Below the pieces are notes generated by a model. The model had not been told where the DNA came from. It made no database searches and saw only the letters and a list, made by a program, of their open reading frames with translations. Source: Escherichia coli (lineage in GTDB: Bacteria > Pseudomonadota > Gammaproteobacteria > Enterobacterales > Enterobacteriaceae). Taken from it: a stretch of 64,000 bases of DNA. The stretch lies in the NCBI RefSeq assembly GCF_044324785.1, contig NZ_CP172127.1, one strand, 5' to 3'. Below, in pieces: positions 22,931 to 31,394 of the stretch (its first letter is position 1; each line of letters starts with the position of its first letter). A program made the translations under genes and the position numbers.

Positions 22931-23341
22931 CTACACAACGTCAATAAGGGCATATTCTTCAAAGATAACGTCCATTTCGGGTGAATAGCATCCTTCTGCC
23001 TGGAAAAAACGACGGTGTTCATTACGCCAATATTCAAGACTGAGGTCACCTTCACCTTCCTTACGGGCAAGCTCCGCGGTGACATCAGAAAAGCGCAGTA
23101 AATGCAGGCCAATCACTCTGATAACACAGACAGGCTCACCACGGCTATTTTCTACAATCTTATACTCACCAATCATCGGAAATGCGTTGTCTTCAATACA
23201 TCCCGCCAGCGAACCACAGGAAGCTGTTTTAACACCTGTCGCAATCAACGTTGCGAGGTGATCGGCCAACGCTGCTGAATCGCCAAAAGTACAAAAGGAA
23301 GCATGGGGATATTTTTGTGAGATTTTTTCTTTTATGGTCAT
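22931..23341 (-). CDS. ASCH/PUA-like domain protein
   Basis: ORF 22931..23374 (GTG) or from ATG 23341; GVKTAS motif typical of ASCH domains; no clear Shine-Dalgarno at either start. Confidence 0.55.
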   Translation of the reverse strand: MTIKEKISQKYPHASFCTFGDSAALADHLATLIATGVKTASCGSLAGCIEDNAFPMIGEYKIVENSRGEPVCVIRVIGLHLLRFSDVTAELARKEGEGDLSLEYWRNEHRRFFQAEGCYSPEMDVIFEEYALIDVV

Positions 23342-23637
23342 GAGAATATTTTCGCGATTACGGAAAAAAATCACATCTTAATTACTGTAGATAACCATCA
23401 GCAAGAGGATCATTGGTTTTCCTATGTTTAATCTTTTTTATCCGAAGCAGGTCACATTTATGGCTTGATAAATACCTTTGTTAAAACTCACTTTTGTGTA
23501 TTTCTCTCAAATAATCCCCTGGAAATTATGCCGGGAGATTATAAAGTTCAGGATCATTCATTAACAAACCATTCCCGCCCCACTCCCTGGGGCTTAAATC
23601 TCTTACGATTCACCGTTGCAGACATATCAAATGCGCA

Positions 23638-25020
23638 TCAACCTGCCACACTCCCCCACACCAGTTGCCCTTTATGGAACGTCGCCGTTCTCGGCGAGAT
23701 ACGCGCCACCGCCTCGGCGGAACAGGAGGCGTCCACCAGCACAAAGCTGGCGTCATCCTGCGCTTTAGGCCACACACGCTCGCCTTTTTCGTTGAGCGGC
23801 AATACATCGCCAGTGGCTAAAAACAGCGAACGGGAGAGGTTCTGTTCGTTAGGACGAATATAGAGCTGCGCGTAGAGATTGGCTTTTTCCAGCATGTCGC
23901 CCAGGCCGTAAGGCGACCAGTGGTCGATAACGCTGTCGGTGCCGGTCATCACTTTTACGCCTTTGTCGTGCAGTTGTTTAAGCGGCATATGTAGCGTGCC
24001 GATCGGCACCGTCGAGGCGATAGAAATTTGCTGCGCCGCCATCCGGTGCGCCAGTTCATCTACCTGTTGCTCATTGAGCGTTGCCAACGCAAAGGCGTGA
24101 CTGATGGTCAGCTTGCCCTTCAGTTGCGGCGTTTTCTCCACTGTTTCAACCATATAATTGATGGCCGCCACGCCTGCCGGAGTGGTTTCATGCAGGTGAA
24201 TATCGACGCCTTTGTCGTAGTCCAGCGCAATCTGGAACATGGTGTCGAGGGATTTTTCCATCGCGCCATCAACACTGGTTGGGTCCAGCCCGCCGACGTA
24301 ATGCGCCCCTGCCTGCATCGCTTCGCGCATTAAGGGTTCCGATTTCGACAGCAGCAAACCGTGCTGCGGGAAGGCGACGATTTCACACTCGAAGCCCGCC
24401 TGACGTCGCGCCAGCACCGCCTGCAAATTTTGCAGATTTTTCAGGCCGGAAACCGGTTCGATATTGCAGTGGCTGCGGGCAATGGTAGTGCCTTTCGACT
24501 GCAATAAATCGATCAGTTTTTCCGCCCTTTCCTGAGTGTACGGTTGCAACTCCGGCAGCATTTTCTGCTCGAGTTTGATCATGTCCTGGATGGTGGTGCC
24601 TGCCGGGCGATTGAGCGAGCGCCACGGCCCGCCGTAAAAGGTTTTGTCGAGATGAATATGCATGTCGCGGGTGGTGGGCAGCATCAGCTTACCGCCAGCG
24701 TCATAGTGCGGCAGCGTGGCGTCCGGATGCTGCTTGTTCTCGCGCAGGGCAACAATTTTGCCGTTCTGAATCTCTACGGTCTGGTGCGCCGTGCGGGTCT
24801 GTACCGCCACACCGTTTTCGTAGTCAAAACCGGTTTCCAGCAGCACGTTGTCGAGATAGTAGTGCGGGTCAGTGATTTTCATGGTGTTATTCGCGTCGCA
24901 GTTTAGGGTGCCAGAGACTGCCGCATGGGCGAGCGGCACAGAGGTACCAAACAGCGCGGCGGCGGTGACCATCTTACCGCTCTGGCTCAGAAACTCACGG
25001 CGGCTATTGTTTTTTTTCAT
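23638..25020 (-). CDS. yahJ: Tat-signal amidohydrolase (cytosine-deaminase-like)
   Basis: 460-aa ORF; N-terminal twin-arginine motif SRREFL followed by a hydrophobic stretch ending AHAAV; metal-dependent amidohydrolase fold; matches YahJ length. Confidence 0.88.
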   Translation of the reverse strand: MKKNNSRREFLSQSGKMVTAAALFGTSVPLAHAAVSGTLNCDANNTMKITDPHYYLDNVLLETGFDYENGVAVQTRTAHQTVEIQNGKIVALRENKQHPDATLPHYDAGGKLMLPTTRDMHIHLDKTFYGGPWRSLNRPAGTTIQDMIKLEQKMLPELQPYTQERAEKLIDLLQSKGTTIARSHCNIEPVSGLKNLQNLQAVLARRQAGFECEIVAFPQHGLLLSKSEPLMREAMQAGAHYVGGLDPTSVDGAMEKSLDTMFQIALDYDKGVDIHLHETTPAGVAAINYMVETVEKTPQLKGKLTISHAFALATLNEQQVDELAHRMAAQQISIASTVPIGTLHMPLKQLHDKGVKVMTGTDSVIDHWSPYGLGDMLEKANLYAQLYIRPNEQNLSRSLFLATGDVLPLNEKGERVWPKAQDDASFVLVDASCSAEAVARISPRTATFHKGQLVWGSVAG

Positions 25021-25029
25021 CTTACGTCC

Positions 25030-25980
25030 TTACGTTTTAATAATATGTGTGCCTGTTTCGCCGCGCAGCGCCGCAGGCAGGCATTCCGGCGTGGTGATAA
25101 TCACTTCTTTGCCGCCCTGCTCCAGGAACGTCAGGCTGGCGATGATTTTTGGCAACATGCTGCCAGGCGGGAAATGCCCTTCCTGCATATAGCGGGTCAT
25201 GGTGGCAATATCCACCCGATCCAGCGCCTGCTGCTGCGGCTTGCCAAAGTGAATACACACTTTTTCGACGCCGGTGGTGATCACCAGAATGTCGGCGTGA
25301 ATTTCACGGGCCAATAGCGCGGTAGAGAGATCTTTGTCGATAACCGCGTCCACGCTTTGGTAATCCCCCGCTTCACTGCACACCACCGGAATTCCACCGC
25401 CGCCCGCGCCAATCACCACAAAACCTTGTTGGATCAGCGCCTTAATGGCAGGTGCTTCGACAATACGTTTCGGTTCCGGCGAGGCGACCACGCGGCGATA
25501 GCCCCGTCCGGCATCTTCAACAAAACGCCAGTCAGGATTTGCCTTTTGTAATTCGTCACGCTGGCTGTCACTAAAGAATGCGCCGATGGGCTTGGTGGGA
25601 TGAGCAAATCCCGGATCGTTTTTATCCACTTCCACCTGAGTCACCACGGTGACGGCTTTTTTCTCGCCGTGACGCGCCAGCCGGTTGTTCAGCGCCTGTT
25701 GGATCAGATAGCCAATGCCGCCTTGCGTATCCGCCACACAGTTCGCCAGCGGCGTTAAGGGCAGCCCTTCGCGCTCGTGGGCAATCTCCGCGCGGCGTAA
25801 ATCCAAACCGACCTGCGGCCCGTTGCCGTGGGTCAGCACAATGTCGTAATCGGAAGCCAGCATTTCCAGCACCGTATCGGCCACGGCTTTCACCGCCTCC
25901 GCCTGATGCTCAATCGACTGGCTGGCGTTATCTTTGATAATGCTGTTGCCACCAATGGCAACGACCACAAGTTCTTTCAT
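25030..25980 (-). CDS. yahI: carbamate kinase-like protein
   Basis: 316-aa amino-acid-kinase-family ORF matching YahI; 9-nt gap to yahJ. Confidence 0.88.
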   Translation of the reverse strand: MKELVVVAIGGNSIIKDNASQSIEHQAEAVKAVADTVLEMLASDYDIVLTHGNGPQVGLDLRRAEIAHEREGLPLTPLANCVADTQGGIGYLIQQALNNRLARHGEKKAVTVVTQVEVDKNDPGFAHPTKPIGAFFSDSQRDELQKANPDWRFVEDAGRGYRRVVASPEPKRIVEAPAIKALIQQGFVVIGAGGGGIPVVCSEAGDYQSVDAVIDKDLSTALLAREIHADILVITTGVEKVCIHFGKPQQQALDRVDIATMTRYMQEGHFPPGSMLPKIIASLTFLEQGGKEVIITTPECLPAALRGETGTHIIKT

Positions 25981-26030
25981 GTTGTTATGTCCGCTACAGA
26001 GGGTGATGGGGTTATGACCAACGCCAGACT

Positions 26031-26202
26031 GCCTGATGCGCTACGCTTATCAGGCCTAGAATTCTCGTGCCATTCGTAGGCCGGATAAGGCGTTCACGCC
26101 GCATCCGGCAATGGTGACAAATGCCTGATGCGCTACGCTTATCAGGCCTACAGATTCTCGCGCCACTCGTAGGCCGGATAAGGCGTTCACGCCGCATCCG
26201 GC
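26031..26202. repeat. REP cluster (BIME): two tandem copies of an inverted REP pair
   Basis: gcctgatgcgctacgcttatcaggcctac and gtaggccggataaggcgttcacgccgcatccggca each occur twice (26031..26110 and 26123..26202). Confidence 0.88.
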
Positions 26203-26225
26203 AAAGACAACGCGCACTTTGCAGG

Positions 26226-27503
26226 TCAGACGCCGTAACGTTCGCACCAGCCAAGAATGGCTTTTTCGAAGCAGGCGAATGGTGGATGCACAATGCCCGC
26301 GCCAATCATGCCGATGCCCGCATCTTTATGAGCGATGGCGGTGTTGATCACTGGCAGAATGCCGCTACTGCCCACGCGGGTGATGTCGATTGCCGACGGC
26401 ACGCCCATAAAACCGAGCAGCGGAATGGTGACGTTGGGGTTTTCGCCGAGAGTGATTTCGCGCATCTGACGGGAGAAATCGATAGCTTCTTCCACCGTAC
26501 CGCCCACCAGCGCGACGATTGCAGGCGCGGTCGCCATAGCAAATCCGCCAATACCGTAGGTTTCGGTGATGGCACTGTCGCCAATATCCAATCCAGAATC
26601 TTCCGGCTTATAACCGGCAAACATCGGGCCGATCACCTGCTGCGCCGGACCGGAGAAGTAGTCGCTGCTGGCGACAAACTCAAACACTTCGCGCTGTTGC
26701 TCGACGGAATAGCCCGCCTGAATAATCCCCGGCGTCAGCGCCTGAATCAGCAACGTAGTCCCGGCGTTATTGCGGTTATGGCATTCATCGCCCATATGCA
26801 GCGCCTGCGCCAGCATCAAGCGCAGATCGATCTCGCCGATAATTTTCATTGCGTCACGCAGCATTGGCCCCTGCACATCGCGCATCCAGTTGAGGCGGTC
26901 AATCACGCTCTGGTCGTTAGCGCCCATACGCAAAATCTTCGCCATCTGCTCGCTCATGTTGGTATAAGCGATGTTGCCGTAGGTTTTGTTTTTTACGATG
27001 TGCATAAACATCGAGGCCGAGGTAACACCCGCCATCGATCCCACACAGTCGTGTTCGTGGCACGGCGAGAAGGTGATCTCCCCGGAGGCCGCCAGGTCAG
27101 CCGCCTCGTCGAGATCTTTCGCCAGTCCTTCGAACACCAGCGCTCCGGTGACCGCGCCTTTCATCGCGCCGCACATTTTTTCCCAGGTGATCGGCGGCCC
27201 GGCGTGAAGAATGGTTTTCGGCGTCATGCCCGGCACCACGTTAATCGCCTGATCAAAACCAATCAGCACCGGATGTGACTGAATAATGCGCTCCAGAGCC
27301 TGCTGATTAGCGGCGGCGATTTTGTCTGCCAGCGGCGAATCGGCAATGTTATCCAGCGCCTGCACCACCTGCATATTGCCCTGCCCCGGCGGCGTCCAGT
27401 CGAGTTGGGTCACTTCTACATGCTGCTTTTTCAGGTCATCGCTAAACATGGCGATGCCGACGTTAATAACGTTCAACGGTTGGCTAAACAGTGACTGGCT
27501 CAT
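26226..27503 (-). CDS. yahG: DUF1116 protein (YlbE-like)
   Basis: 425-aa ORF homologous in type to YlbE; start overlaps yahF stop by 1 nt. Confidence 0.85.
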   Translation of the reverse strand: MSQSLFSQPLNVINVGIAMFSDDLKKQHVEVTQLDWTPPGQGNMQVVQALDNIADSPLADKIAAANQQALERIIQSHPVLIGFDQAINVVPGMTPKTILHAGPPITWEKMCGAMKGAVTGALVFEGLAKDLDEAADLAASGEITFSPCHEHDCVGSMAGVTSASMFMHIVKNKTYGNIAYTNMSEQMAKILRMGANDQSVIDRLNWMRDVQGPMLRDAMKIIGEIDLRLMLAQALHMGDECHNRNNAGTTLLIQALTPGIIQAGYSVEQQREVFEFVASSDYFSGPAQQVIGPMFAGYKPEDSGLDIGDSAITETYGIGGFAMATAPAIVALVGGTVEEAIDFSRQMREITLGENPNVTIPLLGFMGVPSAIDITRVGSSGILPVINTAIAHKDAGIGMIGAGIVHPPFACFEKAILGWCERYGV

Positions 27504-29050
27504 CAGGCTTCCTCCCCTTTGCAGATAAATTCACGCGCCAGCAATCCGGTATTGGTGCTACTGCTGGCCAGAATCACTCCGCCATCAAGCAGCATCTGGC
27601 TTTGTTGTTCTAACGATGGCGTATCGAGATCGGTACCCAGAACATAGGCGAGAATGATCAACTCGCGCCCTTCGGCAGCGGCGATCGCTTTCGCCTCTTT
27701 GATCGCCTCGATGGTGGAACCGACCGGATCTTCATGCGATCCAAACCCGAGCACAAAATCCATCACGATCACCGCCACTTCTGGATCGCGCGCTTCTTCG
27801 ATCAACCGGCTGATACGGTTGGTGGGGTCAATCATTGGATGCGGCTTGCCGTTGGTGAAGTCGTCATCGCCAAAGTCGAGGAAGGTGTGTTTGATGCTGC
27901 GGTTGATATCTTGCAGGCGGAATTCAGGATCGGGCTGAATGTTGCTGTAGACATCGCCATGTTTTTCCATCACCGCGAACATGGTTTCGTCACACAGCGT
28001 ACCGCCGCAGAACAGGCCACGAATGTATTTCTGTTGCGGCTTCAGGCGAGCGCGCACGTCAGCAATCAATGGCTGGTTCAGGGTATGCAGATCGAGATGT
28101 TCCTGTTTCACGCCGGAGAGCATCACCGCTTTCAGCGCCGCTTCTTTGCTGCCGCGGGCAAACTTTAGCCCCTGCTCATCCACTGGCGTTTCGCCACGAC
28201 CGAGGAAGCAGACCACCACCGGCTTGCGGCAGGCGCGTGCGCGTTCCAGCACTTTGCGGGCCACCGCAGGCGCAGGCGGTTTGGAGATAAGCACAATAAT
28301 TTCAGTTTGCGGATCGTTTTCCAGCATCCCGATGGCGTCGAGCATCATCAGGCCGCCGATTTTCTCGCTCAGGTCGCGCCCGCCGGTGCCGATCAGTTGC
28401 GAAACGCCGCCGCCAAATTCATGGATACGGACGCTCAGCTCCTGGCTACCGGTGCCGGATGCGCCAACAATGCCGATGTTGCCGCGACGCACGGCGTTAC
28501 CAAAGCAGAGCGCCGCGCCGTTGATAATCGCCGTACCGCAGTCTGGCCCCATCATCAGCAGCCCTTTTTCGTGGGCCAACTGTTTGAGCGCCAGTTCATC
28601 TTCAACTGAGACGTTATCGGAAAACAGCATCACGTTAAGATCGTTTTGCAGCGCCTGACGCGCTTCGCGAGCGGCAAACAGACCGTTGACCGAAATCACC
28701 GCCAGGTTACTTTCCGGGATATGCTTTTTGGCGCTGGCAATAGTGGCATAGCGTGCTTCATGTGAACCAGTTTGAGCTTTGCTGTTGAACAGTTCTTCAA
28801 TCTCCACCAGCAACTGCTCGTTGTCCGCACCCGCTTTGCCGTTGATGACAATCATCAGGTCACCGTTTTTCGCCTGCTCCAGTTCCGGCGTCAGCAGTCC
28901 TAAATTCTTCAGCACGCCTTTGTTCATTTCGGTCGCCATCGCCACAAATGCCTGCTCGACGCCGTCGAGTTTATTTGCACGCGTGGAGATAGACATCAGC
29001 GAGACAGAATCAAAATAGGTATTCGGTTTAATGACTATTTTAACTGACAT
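27503..29050 (-). CDS. yahF: FdrA-like CoA-binding protein (succinyl-CoA-ligase-alpha-like fold)
   Basis: 515-aa ORF matching YahF length; overlaps yahE by 11 nt. Confidence 0.88.
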   Translation of the reverse strand: MSVKIVIKPNTYFDSVSLMSISTRANKLDGVEQAFVAMATEMNKGVLKNLGLLTPELEQAKNGDLMIVINGKAGADNEQLLVEIEELFNSKAQTGSHEARYATIASAKKHIPESNLAVISVNGLFAAREARQALQNDLNVMLFSDNVSVEDELALKQLAHEKGLLMMGPDCGTAIINGAALCFGNAVRRGNIGIVGASGTGSQELSVRIHEFGGGVSQLIGTGGRDLSEKIGGLMMLDAIGMLENDPQTEIIVLISKPPAPAVARKVLERARACRKPVVVCFLGRGETPVDEQGLKFARGSKEAALKAVMLSGVKQEHLDLHTLNQPLIADVRARLKPQQKYIRGLFCGGTLCDETMFAVMEKHGDVYSNIQPDPEFRLQDINRSIKHTFLDFGDDDFTNGKPHPMIDPTNRISRLIEEARDPEVAVIVMDFVLGFGSHEDPVGSTIEAIKEAKAIAAAEGRELIILAYVLGTDLDTPSLEQQSQMLLDGGVILASSSTNTGLLAREFICKGEEA

Positions 29051-29903
29051 AATTCCCTCCGTAGGTTTGGCTCAGCGCACAACCATCGGCCATGCCATAC
29101 AGCATGTCGCAGCCGGAACTGGAGCCAATATGTTTAATTTTTTCTATTGCCTGAGTTGCGTTCCCAGGGATGTCATAAATAATGTTATGAATAAAACGAT
29201 GAATATTTTCCCGGCAGCGTTGTTGTAATGCGGCTTCCAGCGTTATGGCACTTAATAACGTGGTATTATTTCTGCCGCGTTGCAGACCGAGATAAAATTC
29301 CTCTTTGTATTTTTCCGCCGGATGTCCGGAAATAAATAAAATAAGCGCCAGACCTGTTAAATAATCGTCAGCTGATGGCGTAAGGCCAATCCCTAAGCCC
29401 ATCATACTGGCGACTGCTGAGGCGATATTTTGTTTATCGTTTACGGCCTGAATAACTGCCCGTCGTTTAATATGTAATTCTTTATTTAACGCCTGATAAA
29501 ACGGATTATCGCCGCAATAATTAAACAGGGTTTCATTTTCCCCCAGGTGCTGATGAATAATGTCATGCCACTGTTGCCAGGCGATAAGGTGAAAATTCAC
29601 AGCGGTCATTTGCAAGGTTGGGGACAGCCAACGCCGACAACGACTCATCTCTATATGAAGATGTTGACCAACCGTAATGCCTTGATCGTCAAACTGAACC
29701 TTATCACCATGCCGGAACAGACCATCAAAGTGAGTGAGTGCCAACCGACAACTGTTTGGCGCATTGTCATACTCTTCACAAAGCAGCGTCAGCAACTGCT
29801 GGCGGGCCGGAAGTGCGATATTTACCGCTCTGGCAAAGACCTGTTCAACCTGTCCTTGCCCCCGCTGTGCCAGAAAATCCGCATCCGCAGTTAGCGCCCA
29901 CAC
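29040..29903 (-). CDS. yahE: DUF2877 protein (YlbF-like)
   Basis: 287-aa ORF matching YahE length and position. Confidence 0.85.
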   Translation of the reverse strand: MWALTADADFLAQRGQGQVEQVFARAVNIALPARQQLLTLLCEEYDNAPNSCRLALTHFDGLFRHGDKVQFDDQGITVGQHLHIEMSRCRRWLSPTLQMTAVNFHLIAWQQWHDIIHQHLGENETLFNYCGDNPFYQALNKELHIKRRAVIQAVNDKQNIASAVASMMGLGIGLTPSADDYLTGLALILFISGHPAEKYKEEFYLGLQRGRNNTTLLSAITLEAALQQRCRENIHRFIHNIIYDIPGNATQAIEKIKHIGSSSGCDMLYGMADGCALSQTYGGNYVS

Positions 29904-29942
29904 ACACCGTCTTTCTGGTGTGTCGATAACAAGCCTCCCGGT

Positions 29943-30548
29943 TTATGCACCTGCGGCAATCAGCAACTGCGCAATCTCTTCAAAGCCTCGTTCCCGCGCC
30001 AGTTCCAGCGGCGTTTTGCCATATTTATCCGTCATGTGCGGGCTGGCACCGTGTTCAAGCAATAACTGGACAATCGCCTGCTGTTTAATCCCGCCATCAT
30101 TAAGCACAATTGCTTCCAGTAGCGGCGTCCAGCCAACATAGTTGGTCTGGTTAACGTTAATCTCCGTATGCGCCAAAAGCTCTTTTACAATACTTAAATG
30201 GCCTTTTTCACAGGCAGGCGTCAGGCCGACACCGCCAAAACGGGTGACGCAATTAAGATCGGGTTTAGCCGGTAAAATAATCCGTAACAGGGTTAAATCG
30301 CCGGTCAGGCAGCTAATTAAAAAAGGATTTGAACATATTTGATCTTGCTTATTAATATCCGCTCCGGCATCAATTAATGCCTGAACGCAAGCATATTGCT
30401 GATATAAACTTGCCAGCGTAATTGCCGTTTTTCCCTGACGATCGCAGGTATTAATATCGACACCCAGCGCAAGGCAGGTTTTTACTTTATCGATATCACC
30501 CTGTTGCGCAGCCAATAAATAGTCGGCAGGTAGATTTTTTATAGTCAT
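29943..30548 (-). CDS. yahD: ankyrin-repeat protein
   Basis: 201-aa ORF with repeated ankyrin-type segments (…GADINKQD…, …LLEHGASPHM…). Confidence 0.85.
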   Translation of the reverse strand: MTIKNLPADYLLAAQQGDIDKVKTCLALGVDINTCDRQGKTAITLASLYQQYACVQALIDAGADINKQDQICSNPFLISCLTGDLTLLRIILPAKPDLNCVTRFGGVGLTPACEKGHLSIVKELLAHTEINVNQTNYVGWTPLLEAIVLNDGGIKQQAIVQLLLEHGASPHMTDKYGKTPLELARERGFEEIAQLLIAAGA

Positions 30549-30805
30549 TCACATTCCCCTGGTTTTTGTGGCTGTTTTCGATGAATTGAGAATAGCAACG
30601 ATAATCTGATAAAAGAACCCGCTTAAATTTAATTCGCCGTATTTCGCCTTTTTGTTGAATGATGTTCAACAATCTTTTCGCAGTGTGCGGTAGTGCAATA
30701 TTTGTTTCTTTGACCCGATACCCTTTCACTCAATCAGGTTTTATTTCTCTATAGTCTGCACATGTAAGAGTAGCTTTCGTCCATGTCTAACCAGAGGGGA
30801 ACAAG

Positions 30806-31303
30806 ATGAACGGACTCACGGCAACGGGTGTCACCGTCGGTATTTGTGCAGGGCTTTGGCAGTTAGTGTCTTCACATGTTGGGCTCTCTCAGGGATGGGA
30901 ATTATTAGGAACCATTGGCTTCGTCGCCTTTTGCAGTTTTTATGCCGCAGGCGGCGGTAAATCGGGGTTTATCAGAAGTCTGGCGGTTAATTATTCCGGG
31001 ATGGTGTGGGCGTTTTTCGCCGCGCTGGCTGCCGGCTGGCTGGCCTCGGTGAGTGGATTGTCCACGTTCTGGGCGAGCGTGATTATGACTGTACCCTTCT
31101 CGGCGGTGGTGGTCTGGCAAGGACGTTTCGGTTTATTGTCTTTTATTCCCGGAGGCTTTCTCGGCATGACGCTATTTTTTGCCAGCGGGATGAACTGGAC
31201 AGTGACATTACTGGGTTTTCTGGCGGGTAACTGCGTGGGGATAATTTCAGAATATGGCGGACAAAAATTAAGCGAAGCGACGACTAAACGCGACGGGTAT
31301 TAA
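30806..31303 (+). CDS. yahC: small inner-membrane protein
   Basis: 165-aa hydrophobic ORF at the expected position. Confidence 0.8.
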   Translation: MNGLTATGVTVGICAGLWQLVSSHVGLSQGWELLGTIGFVAFCSFYAAGGGKSGFIRSLAVNYSGMVWAFFAALAAGWLASVSGLSTFWASVIMTVPFSAVVVWQGRFGLLSFIPGGFLGMTLFFASGMNWTVTLLGFLAGNCVGIISEYGGQKLSEATTKRDGY

Positions 31304-31394
31304 AAGTTATTCAAAAATGATTATCTATCTTTAACCGATACCTCTACAGTCATGGCTGGAGAAATTCATATTCGATAATGGCGGGAATGGTTTA

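Noticed and set aside
22924-23395. 10-bp inverted repeat (gttatctaca / tgtagataac) flanking the ASCH gene, considered as a possible mobile-element terminal repeat
   Set aside because: A 10-bp inverted pair within 500 bp is expected by chance many times in 64 kb (rough estimate about 30), and no transposase or target-site duplication accompanies it.
18158-23637. Accessory segment considered as a possible integrated mobile element or defence island
   Set aside because: It contains no integrase, transposase, tRNA attachment site, toxin-antitoxin or nuclease/helicase genes; it is a metabolic transporter module only.
26031-26202. Tandem direct repeats, considered as a possible CRISPR array
   Set aside because: Only two copies of each unit, units are imperfect palindromic REP sequences with a 12-13 bp linker rather than repeat-spacer architecture, and no cas genes are nearby.
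26012-26305. Two overlapping minus-strand ORFs (97 and 63 aa) between yahI and yahG
   Set aside because: They are translations of the tandem REP cluster (internally repeated peptide …CRMRRERLIRPT…), equivalent to a phantom gene.
26121-27278. 385-aa plus-strand ORF antisense to yahG, and similar antisense ORFs at 27981..28658, 37865..38470 and 39447..40067
   Set aside because: Each is fully contained on the opposite strand of a well-supported gene (yahG, yahF, betB, betA) and shows biased, non-protein-like composition.
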